Virus record (IMG/VR): IMGVR_UViG_3300006925_000010
Span: 1 to 64,000 of that record
Strand: one strand, 5' to 3'
Source of the DNA: a virus
Length of the DNA: 64,000 nucleotides
Shown here in pieces: positions 43,301 to 46,704 of the stretch. Positions within the stretch are counted from its first letter, which is position 1; each line of letters starts with the position of its first letter. The position numbers and the translations under genes are program-made. The notes under the pieces were generated by a model. It was not told the DNA's origin. It made no database searches and was given only the letters and a program-made list of their open reading frames with translations.

Positions 43301-43647
43301 CAGCAACACTAACAGCGATAGGTACAGGATATGCTAATGTTGTTATAGGTGAAGGTGTTAGAGTATTTGCTAATGCTAATGTTAGTTTATTTGAAGTAGT
43401 AGAAATATCAGCAAATAATAGCGGTGTGTGGACAATAACAGCAAGTAACCAAGACACATTAGATAATACATTATTTGTAGAAAATGGAACAGCAACATTG
43501 AGAAACTTTGTGTACGGAGCACAAAGCGACGATGATGACTTTGATTCAGCAAGTGTAACAGGCCAGTCAGCATTGAGTTTAGCAGATAGAGGAAACGCAG
43601 ACTTGGCAAACATAAACAGTATTATGAAGTTTTTACATAAACTTTAA
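22159..43647 (+). CDS. Giant virion structural protein (7162 aa), baseplate/fibre-associated, multi-domain
   Basis: Uninterrupted 21.5 kb ORF. YHYH-like domain (~24470-25035), CBM5/12-like motifs (~26090, ~31450), PA14-like domain (~34525-34920), many G.GY..P beta repeats, and GKVWWD.ST.RY / EVKP...K.REY scaffold motifs. Confidence 0.75.
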   Translation: MATVNFVGATNTVGPFAINGYYPLYATETASNTHNGGNGTSHMHVFFGQNFYMPNGLTLGSTFFHGDYDGSLTAEYNQSATTNSASNIQGYHYYKLDKTAPEYHNAWRMIDSPTNQRIITSYSFTQIDIDAGIKEFWIGCYPDVDTTRACGYDIIIKINAIEDTNFTYGAVNREGFVQFPTTKTFKAGDFIEISASAEKGLVNTTGVRKYELPLSWGHNTLNADITNISSPEFTGHFKKHIEGQSSFAGESLGSNNYQDSKKVVGVEDDIVQTNQDTLLGAFLVDDQPANLVDAIRFNANEYTKFKNRLRHEIEKFYTEKATTGLTNNYILEQVLRNVTSFRIGNDVFNKTYILPFGDNYTKEDFIVTLDTTAYNLSNYLDLDKIENSLLVYLNDKLLVIEKDYIISSFNPIQITLVTPASGGDSLCTKLYNAERDSAQCPPTPSTMGILPLHRPEIVTDNSFSTPISTLVGHDGSRQKAFGDFRDDILLEFETRVYNSAKAEFRTANSLPAYSSIDIRCGAFRNTGYSHGEFYDLIRHYFAAWTVNEKLDPIVNEFYDVNNDWTWNYSNTELPGHWRGFYEFHYDTVRPNTHPWEMLGFTEKPLWFDEEYYVYAIDDIDRLIPSINYSSTNTKLWNDLEEGIIRQGPRKNTASYKISNPYRRIGLSKVLPIDADAKLISPYKIKSTDTTTITVSWTPSEGSADDVFPFRSNSFRKLQGINVTVADKLYVESNNLPTATKKTIEQVTSFEIPRLTQLTNQAAWSASPQIKAKAIGVLVNGDPLMSIDSNTQWDTDKDILDATWIYNKAQQKDLTNPVITPEGIATHYTIGPDVLGLTEWSTTTASPIVGWAFDGLPIYGPYGYSDASDNTSSIVRIESGWELDTRTRGTANSDETTGPGGKPTGQFIKDFKISSNAGSGGYTDSYNLRLAVTADSATPIYHYVATIDANGKPAFPYHVGGGIVGTDRWAGKFRAASVATGTISSIDVIDAGGLYTSAPSITITGDGSGATATAVITDKKITSITINTPGAGYTYATATVTGNGVRGKVRVNVLGKDNSTFAGTRNQGENPAIGSIKSTTYSTKIGVDGIWKLGDGAPVENAFKYSSAFAFAQTEALLLAKPGRFATIFSDPTQLERPTVNNAQLLSKSTKKRWKFLDTTDFKIHGDVDVNSGKMITNIGYTQFINSWLKFQGLDTVLNFVNPLRTLNVKLAHRMSGFIDKDTLTARTDQYSNDGNATSLIIPKENITTTLHSSNYKSRNFYSGVIIEKTKTGYRVRGFDKNRGYFEILQPVKTGKTVEVEVGGEAEAFTVWKPGVTYNTGNIVQYRNNFYIAPLRITSGNIFDTKVWQKLAKLPQVGSARAVHYVDTNNVVERVPYEIEYTTEQEVFDLLIGLGKFQQSKGFEFGEYSNDIGEVRDWAYSAKQFLFWTSGKWEIGNTLELSPLASKIKFVAPRGFIAKINRSDREQFTILDQIGEGIDPTDCTIVREDNFIEVTPPENKQIYSLMLYTKEVEHALVFDSTTDFSDVIYNQTFNQRHRRIRLKGQRTENWKGKFLSEGFIIDGDELLPNLDNLAESLGRYHEFGFIPVEKQVYNASRALFGYTERDYLTELDIQDDEQFDFYRGMIQGKGTSESLGRIARSSAVISGNVNIFDEWALRVGDFGDTDNNQSIELKLIKSDIKQDPQLITLDFPEDVTNIVSRIDIIDPNYAYNSVPTIEISQPPVGGVQATATAFLDSDTNKLQKITVTNSGSGYGEIPTARVLASDILISSGTSTIPKVVATTSNYFDFTQTSASIIIADGISSNAAVTVNVTNGGSAITTANVLAAVNDNVSINANVQLNLIPSEVISGSTTVTKYTAQFVGNDFYLQSGANFGHATSNVHYQPTQRYAVSSAMAGSTSQTTIDDVEVSINDTAIANSLFTYDAGSVNTSTTTVTYPSLNTTATRAEGEILFPEQNNSFTITLSTPIDLNNLEVDTDGDYKFIELYIGDVLISNSKNSISFGDHDNNSGTADQEYITVNGTMFTIAANGASITFPDVSRLPDSVKTTIKNPPTQTQAAGKQQQLVKVIPTGSVIKVIEDPTVQLDASLKSDISGAKLNIRVTAQDGIAVRMGTKRNYLITEDDKSDNTILIDIDDATRFIKKPTGVKENNLWPVTKLVNSTGIYDNKYATVRNAGYVNSSNVTFQAFDVASIPDLYGDDLLLTPTTNDLIHVAKSENADWNVYKLTKTDASVHYLERQDSGKVNLITNFSLFNYLDTNEIGQPNTGRYLDYVLSLDNPNVNNNVVVWTNEEVVARKESKIKDFEAPQMIQARIKSIGPRVNKTISAVAPHFGKAITGITLTPKNDSDTVVATGNLSDLQELDAFELVDGVGVVTRNPATISGPTNTDEITVDPIRVESIAITNGGSGYTARPTVSITNSAGGDNATAVAEISGPITNSVTIGNAGAGYSADNISIVFSPPENVDATTGLSNVATATATLGSDGEITAITVTNVGSGYTAAPTITVLGDSTDRALLTATLNASVDNIVIINGGSGYSSVSPTVAIAGGGGSSATATATKTTVATTPIAKLFAAAGNDATKVKIKFLAGIKDSLEFDTSRTEPEQATLDAILSVKDEPFKLKSYNNTTGTFVLKHSSFAVANVLTNLENIGYESKVTTTYTPSGANFFVAANTGFRRFEFQDITAGATIGYSTNVTIKHLNKTKLTVTNHSMRVGDVIRVFTNTFSGAYKIDLIVDENNIVIKAPYIPGFSSGSVYGEGIEIKTIGAHGISPIYAASDKTISVHFADPKSYNRKYIIDHVTPESIFISGRWAPATGTSTYYEHKVGTVTGQTAYNGSNQSTATNIINVTDDLKLSESLLTYTGNGQIVPPQHVTTSGNKVYIQPAALPAVTSSAVYPPVEIAVVRQRSRDMNRYPLVTTGDFDTVTINGSQIKIDNINSASAVESSINRHMKLKREHVKANQSGIEIGFAMLNDPNTPLYDGKKAGALANYNPYVHDPELIAKLSNGELTVEREIEYQATGEEDIDYNFNKGPDNRGPVFGLTYTDQDTNIYYVWNPTRSKYIPYTNLEGGTEPNREETPRPMPSNHVTVPSGATIYGPWQPSVSFTISDNPLENIAYIKDTVVSKDGKVYKATADITFSNNMVFEPARWTEVVGNKTSNDPETFFADDYEASIDHLIPKLIPGTATTVGSAPGVKRTVYNMEATQTKTLADSSTVTLPMFRLHPSSENIFEVYQLVQNDGAGSANGPVYYILLDKVNPELVNAEIDYNATVNEYSSFGNYKKTEYYYVNEIIPTVDANLRITNANDPIRLESTLNVVSLPPVEPATFVGLQFVEEPFAVSGGNSSDAIANLQSIPELSIEGNNVVVNSTGFNNYLMWTPGLGPRQWRPNAEGPGFLPGVNGNDTHFGYGRGYYSLNDTHLPADYPDIASYYQEGRTAYNGVMPRFMYSKKFTVSPIAVNHPVETFTDAEGNIISHAEADILGLDGVVTQPTYVPSTDEDTGNTGLRPEEVFVACFWTEEFIYEDQLTGVDYNTTSANGQPTPTYSNYTGTVVRVKYIRLTELPANAFTQRLIPDTGWAGRGWNNLVSDSLPEQINEDNIFDYFNPVPTVGGATDSDDPEVTIVLGLGDGETAEDSVAITNTGQLAPDKKVAHTVPATQLGPILNGDFFNGLPGPCATLPLLTPPDEDTRACDDVPNIHEYLAIDNYSAQLRGNDVTVTEEEAIEVGLDQSGEVTYNDNMSFDYSRGLSSGTFADTYDNANWQFVNVKVSGSHPLRVFFDSLEGDLKHLGIVVVQNSEPYFSELGGKADLIGNWVRSSSSNNRPQKEIDWWANARVVESTLVSGQPIGTRGDQVAQYGANSIGADNKKRDSVVDSLIISQDDHRNLLEKDFDSSSNKPINSNEHRVSANHIHTQTGPFSEPIEEDTTLSYSDEGANATRWLVNDIGVRGIGFIGSQVNCALGEYVTVFFRPDDSITRSDLGTKLQWQAVIDFHGAVVDGSELGAPVPPCLEGHSTAYAQGARRRSWRGRNSWGYFGQHRSSRERFDPNKTSQRKCHLDNIYFPYGKLPQPYNSNAYTEMADANWGSWTTCHNDNKFAGWRENQELAQRTILSLNKTTLNTYSTDEIKGYFKAPYTGRYQVNGYSDDGIWVWISSEYTNTTYAGKPVRRGVDDLAGIDGDTRHEYFKEDGFRAQDKYNYHRDNCLLRTGWLTTDDNVKTNKPGVRYVDMEAGKYYFMRIITGNNKGPGYYDATWTCRTNVSNFTLTQQEADEGNHQYTNGSVKTGRFTFTGRICNVENPATGSSNSSNYGGNDNQNTNTSDGVNGEGNTGATGVGGGWYNRYSQFATDTQARRYEALARQQGIFDQRTSAFTGAQIQAWNDVGVACPPGASGSQCDRSTSVSGSSDTPGVAPGYVGNYGQIDGEWITLPDGQRVWIPRTDIYENINLNIGSVFNTTTPGQRFLTGFNFLPYSMKLPVKAPLLDTNSYAFSEGDLSQSVAISGQAQRVSGGLVIPFAKKLTPVSRQTYVLKSEESSSEPWAKNLENNKDINKTTKYVKYTPKKIGSTVTIGGTTINNVTSSGAGDYWNKTNNNTTTEYTGPAYSEPDVNTQTDSGSTETVNNASTNDSNTMATQRQELAIADVNDIIYNQMPVISIVPRQLDNNGNFYNGGPTAEVYLRQPTPEVDIDINDLIGITDGTELLVNGRRIVKRGTSGIDIKTQINCANMGVSAEINEDTNTLTLISCSSNPMTFGNGCGGGTFKQVGDFHVNRGFDQSKTTSESFIAPFIGPNTDLYKTGSGNATVAIGGGGAGGIPGLSESINDYRRKPDGNLEKFFRQPSGLPDVYELPARVPMETTNKSTGGSNYRVGDRLRLIGGTPESGLLGPLNSEVCIESAGSGYTNPANLTVIFNESTTTPGVGGAATVTELDENGGIANVVVINQGAAYDPNNPPTLTIHDTSPLPTIIDVNAGWTSNITLTAGQVAAITESIPVSNANGTNSDDVVINKRFVRAIGTYAMGAEQSYTVASSDVSIVSDDSMTDSVKITLPITTNHIRPDSYVKLKYYPGSTLDDYYISVNGAVTSSTTFVLDSLNDAGGQLFIKTGQVVSYNNSGTMTILGYVTNVNTSTKTVTLDTAVTLTDDQTLYFVDPQEKLYYIPKKTAGGIETVTNSYFVIQNSAFKNSNFVTNLFGAGATITITGRTPWYENYNANGNLVDTIDPFTPKNKAKLSIAVGDPTDRRNDGPLRVAKFIVTDVNDTGGITGIKIIDRGLYKEFPTDLTMGIPLEYDYALQGAMRINTDIPVAEQPGQILNEQKNTLGYGDPSHPELALYGGEHPEYQYTPFKSTEALSQRFAGEWLDADEQRKLNELSAKQNAGIQLSDNDRQLLDVLLAKLVDNLGYEQGYKHPDFEAYPEFIWDGAHFQPYSGTPGAYDPTTFICIDLRSADPGQYKDDPSGWAKLQFNLGNLILKTKIVETDPKKYNFGRYNPNETAGGSGARVFLTAQEIPNCTERGTAKDQLGLPDEVDQIIAPKSLARNINNGLRGAGYLPDEARAEFNPKGNIGEFKLISPQFDGFKIDSPNPGTLEKIGFPIGDYNNGMLCITAQLEKDDGTRYTEAEALADIQRLYDTNDDLGLLTATELKARFPSYDDGSLDNASVLTIVCAEVIQPPLRVNPFDKYGKGKMGPFDVLSPGNPNAFGLNDNNSIFGDGTMDVTREVFAYSISDMFGGNVTLKGVKSQNSPINIFASKRFNARNTIDELSVIATNTSAVPGLTSEANAWVDSYTNTRQAIIDNEAGVTDYTNTVYSMPDFVDGGWAYLENGVPQRWQTPLVDVHFINNALVYNPETGDKISNLDFWDPFKGILPGYIQNEISFISEHDPVSYNNARTNFGRSNVGKVWWDTSTIRYNWYEQGTDQERNARWGSAFPGSQVTVCEWIESKAKPSNWSGNGTPRWSNKFVTERRLDPKTNEYVMYYYYWIMNRTILDNKIKRSQGRQLDTRTIARYISDPVGYGLDMISFASDKSILLHNISDIKEEESHLQVNLSRNLNPEGISHTAWKLMREGDSSSTVPEHLSDKLIDSLCGENAEASPVPDPKLSEVEKYGIQFRPRQTMFNDVKSARRIMVSVLNRILSNIRVNSAYSGWDKTLPTARAYLTTTDWFAVSRIDAVTNESVRFNDSIKPVFNVTSVSELSGLKDIKDGTVVQVKSNQNDTSQLWMYDAPTKKFKLVSVVNDTVQLPKTVYTDNTNPTLSSELRLILIALRDNVFNNTSHWNELFFEMMKHAYMEQKQLSWAFKTSYLYIEKEENDLTNLNGFKADNFQKVLDYMNEVKPFSAKVREYKDGKKAPIDVIGQNNISDYDKPPFVDLVSGTVRILDENVELDTWIMSNSKQYIDYVTATKDGLQTSDPVRRANTTISFDRTNYLLTESAWDVANVSLESSIGYNIANLSVQTKQQVSANASVRAADKLFKFDAEVQAQFIAEVNTYYNDVTAARNTEIVGNGTVMAGLVTSGQLKNTLALIKEKVGGNFRGETLDATKFSSIVDQADYMSAIQSDFGFDSDLFDENTDNDDTVFTDSRDLTNYGPVTTYGIGDTKWDDVKQVVNYEGVFDSNANPVTLRRSGDSYDGFDGVTFQRVAYGEERPEELALLDPLESVIFTVTTSDFSRGEAGNVSVFDDLDTGNASLFHSTASLTEDNTSVAIINAGIGYKSPTVTITDAYGNNPTTTAVATASANAQGSITAITVSNGGAGYTEINLALTETLTEQTSAEALVDSNTLSLTSVANVLVGQIVTVNNIDISEVASINGTTVTLNSHLTSDIASGTTVTFRGQDFAYQLNNLVITSTAGVDPDDADNFFAVDNVDGWDSATGLGQAGSFDTALTVVQERLTTKVSPNAREVTYRMHHSLFGDVDYLRISGEATTKITKKMTLSSTSITVDDASFLPNPTSIVPGSIWVGDERIQYGRRSGKVLSALTRGAFGTSPQDHAVDTAVYSAEQNEHFNHLNPSSNVWLDTGTRYGTPQSWDNDEWDEIEAANIATADVGVTITNVTSTTATLTAIGTGYANVVIGEGVRVFANANVSLFEVVEISANNSGVWTITASNQDTLDNTLFVENGTATLRNFVYGAQSDDDDFDSASVTGQSALSLADRGNADLANINSIMKFLHKL

Positions 43648-43684
43648 AATTAAAAGGTGCTTTAATAAAGTGATAAATAAAGGT

Positions 43685-44350
43685 ATGAGCAAGGATAAAT
43701 TAAAAGAAACGAAAAAACCAGAAACAAAACCTGATGATAATATGGGACTAAATGTTAGCGGACACATCTTAATAAGAGATGCAGAGACTAAAGAAGAACT
43801 GGTAAACAAAAGAAACGCAATTCATTACGGTAACATGGCGTACATTGTTGCTCAAGCATTGACTAATCAAGACGATGCATTTATTCACTACATGGCGTTC
43901 GGTAATGGTGCAACAAGTGTCGATACCGCTGGTAAAGTAGTTTATAAAACACCGAGGGTAACAGAAGGGTATGAATCAGGTGCAAACTTATATAGTAGAA
44001 CTTTTGCTAAGCCAGTTAGTACTGATGCAGAAAATCCATCAAGTGAACGAGCAACTAATAAAATCGAAGTTATCCCAGGTGTAAGTTATACAGATTTAAA
44101 GATTACATGTACACTAGGATACAGTGAACCAAACGATGCTGATGCATTCGATAGTAGTGTATCCAATGAAGGAAACTATGTTTTTGATGAACTAGCATTA
44201 TTTTCTAAGCCAACAGCAGATAGTTATGATGGATGGGCAAACGGTATCGATTCTAGTACTATGCTTACACATGTAATATTTCACCCAGTACAAAAAAGCA
44301 AAAACAGGGTAATAGAAGTTATCTACACAATTAGAATACAATTAAGTTAA
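43685..44350 (+). CDS. Conserved baseplate/tail protein of large myophages
   Basis: GHILIRD...K.NAIH, FGNG, FDEL.L, LTHVIFHPVQKS.NR.I...YT.RIQ. Start ATG 43685 lies 5 nt after TAAATA. Confidence 0.65.
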   Translation: MSKDKLKETKKPETKPDDNMGLNVSGHILIRDAETKEELVNKRNAIHYGNMAYIVAQALTNQDDAFIHYMAFGNGATSVDTAGKVVYKTPRVTEGYESGANLYSRTFAKPVSTDAENPSSERATNKIEVIPGVSYTDLKITCTLGYSEPNDADAFDSSVSNEGNYVFDELALFSKPTADSYDGWANGIDSSTMLTHVIFHPVQKSKNRVIEVIYTIRIQLS

Positions 44351-44361
44351 GAGGATAAACT

Positions 44362-46704
44362 GTGCCATATATTATAGACAACAGAGCAGGACAAGCCATT
44401 ACTATTCCAGATGGTGCCCTCAACCAAGACTTTTCAATTGAATTAGTAGGTAGAAATTATACTAATTACGGTGAACCTATTGCAAAATCATTTATAGATT
44501 TACTTAATAACTTTGCTAATAATACAGCACCTACAAAACAAACTAACGGTCAAGTATGGTACGATACATCTAAAAAAGTACTTAGAATATACGATAGTGT
44601 CGGCGGCAACTGGGTTCCAATGACGCCATTGATAAGTGCGTCTGGTGTGCCAAGTGGTGAAAACGCAACATCTACAAGTTATTACGATCAAACAAATTCT
44701 AAATTTTATATTAACGATGGAACAGGTTATAAAGTTATAGGTTTAGCAGGTGAAACTAACACAAGTTTCTCAGGTGAAACAGCAGTTTCGTCTCCTACAC
44801 GATACGGAACAAGACTAAGAAATATTTTCTTAGAAGACTCTTCATCAGTACCAAGAGCCGTTACAGCAATAGTAACAACAAACAGTTCAGGTGCCGCTCC
44901 AGGCTTCACAAACGAAGAACAGATAGTTGCAATCTTTAGCGGACACGCAGAGTTTACTGCAGGTGATATCACAAGTTCAACAGAAGGTGAAGCAGTAAAT
45001 TACTATACGCAATTAACAGCAACTGGTGGCATTGGTGCAACTATTAAGCCAGGCTTAAACTTAAGAGCAGACAACGACTCATTAATTAAAAATTCTAGCA
45101 GAGCATTTAGAAGTGATTCTGCATACAGTTTAAACACAGGTAGTTTTGGTTCAGACTCATCTAACATATCAGCAAGTGCGGTATTCCATAATGCATCAGA
45201 TTCTATTCCTAACACCGATAACGTAATTGACTTAGGAACAAGCAGTAAGAGATTTGCAGAAGGACACGTTACTAGTTTAACATCGACAAATATTTTAGCA
45301 TCTGGTACAGCATCATTGGGTGCATCCGGAACACCATTTACAAATGCTTACCTTACAAGTGTAAACATTGCAGGGGCAGTAACATTTGCAGGGGCAAACA
45401 ATTTAGGTACAACAAGTGCTAGAGCAGGAACTGGTTTCTTTTCTGGATTGGATACTTCAGCATTTAAACTAGGTACACAAGTATTCCCTGCTTCAGACGG
45501 AGCAAGTGGACAACAATTATTCACAGATGGGTCAGGTGCTTTATTTTGGAGAGACCCTGTAAGTTCCATTACAAATATATTTGCAAGAGGTGGTACAGTA
45601 AGTTCTAATACAACAGCAGTAGTAAATGGAGTATCAGAAACTACATTCGCTATTGATATTGGAGCCGGTCCAGGCGTAACAGTACTAGACGACACTATTC
45701 AAGTTGACATAAGCAGTTTCACATCTGATAACTTGCCAGAGGGAACATCAAACTTATACTACACTAATGCAAGAGCACAGGCGGCAATTAGTGTTATTGA
45801 TAGTGGAGGCTTAGGCAGTTTATCAGAATCAGGTGGTGCAATAACTTACGCAGGACCTAGCACAACCGACATTAGAGATCAGTTTAGTGCTGGAACAGGT
45901 ATTAGCATATCAAGTGGTCAAATATCTACAGACGACAGTAATATTTCACATGATAACTTATCAGGCTTTGTGTCAAACGAACATATAGATCATAGTGCTG
46001 TATCTATAACAGCAGGTACAGGTTTAACAGGTGGTGGAACAATAGCATCTAGCAGAACATTAAATGTTGCAGGTGGCTACGGTATTACAGCAAATGCAAA
46101 TGACATAGAAGTTGCAAATAGTGATATCAGAGCATTGTTTACTCCAGGAGTTGGCATTAGTATTAATGCCAGTGGAGAAATTTCTAACACAGGTGTATTA
46201 AGTGATCCAGACACCACAGACTTTGTCACCAAAGCAGGTACGCAATCAATTGGTGGTGCAAAAACATTTACAACTGCCATTACTGCAACAGGTGGTATTA
46301 GTATGGGAGCGGCAGATGTAGCCTACACCGGCACATTGGTATTCACTGGAGGTAGTGGATCAGTATCATTTGGAACGGGTGGTACTATAAGTGCAACGGG
46401 TGACATCACAGCATTCTCTGATCGTAGATTAAAAGAAAATATAGAACCTATTGATAATGCACTAGAAAAACTTCAATCAATTAATGGTGTAACTTTTAAT
46501 ACCATAGGCCAAGAAAAACGTCAAGCAGGACTAATTGCACAAGATTTACAAAAAGTATTACCAGAAGCAGTTCACGAAAACGAAGATGGCATGTTAAGTG
46601 TTGCATATGGTAACACAGTTAGTTTACTTGTTCAAGCAATCAAAGAACTGCAGGCGGAGGTGGCTGAGTTAAGGCAGGAGTCATCATCCAATGCCAATAA
46701 GTAA
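44362..46704 (+). CDS. Tail fibre protein with C-terminal peptidase S74-type intramolecular chaperone
   Basis: N-terminal LVGRNY..YGE....F anchor; C-terminal FSDRRLKENI...GLIAQDLQKVLPEAV...AIKEL; GAGG RBS with GTG start. Confidence 0.85.
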   Translation: MPYIIDNRAGQAITIPDGALNQDFSIELVGRNYTNYGEPIAKSFIDLLNNFANNTAPTKQTNGQVWYDTSKKVLRIYDSVGGNWVPMTPLISASGVPSGENATSTSYYDQTNSKFYINDGTGYKVIGLAGETNTSFSGETAVSSPTRYGTRLRNIFLEDSSSVPRAVTAIVTTNSSGAAPGFTNEEQIVAIFSGHAEFTAGDITSSTEGEAVNYYTQLTATGGIGATIKPGLNLRADNDSLIKNSSRAFRSDSAYSLNTGSFGSDSSNISASAVFHNASDSIPNTDNVIDLGTSSKRFAEGHVTSLTSTNILASGTASLGASGTPFTNAYLTSVNIAGAVTFAGANNLGTTSARAGTGFFSGLDTSAFKLGTQVFPASDGASGQQLFTDGSGALFWRDPVSSITNIFARGGTVSSNTTAVVNGVSETTFAIDIGAGPGVTVLDDTIQVDISSFTSDNLPEGTSNLYYTNARAQAAISVIDSGGLGSLSESGGAITYAGPSTTDIRDQFSAGTGISISSGQISTDDSNISHDNLSGFVSNEHIDHSAVSITAGTGLTGGGTIASSRTLNVAGGYGITANANDIEVANSDIRALFTPGVGISINASGEISNTGVLSDPDTTDFVTKAGTQSIGGAKTFTTAITATGGISMGAADVAYTGTLVFTGGSGSVSFGTGGTISATGDITAFSDRRLKENIEPIDNALEKLQSINGVTFNTIGQEKRQAGLIAQDLQKVLPEAVHENEDGMLSVAYGNTVSLLVQAIKELQAEVAELRQESSSNANK

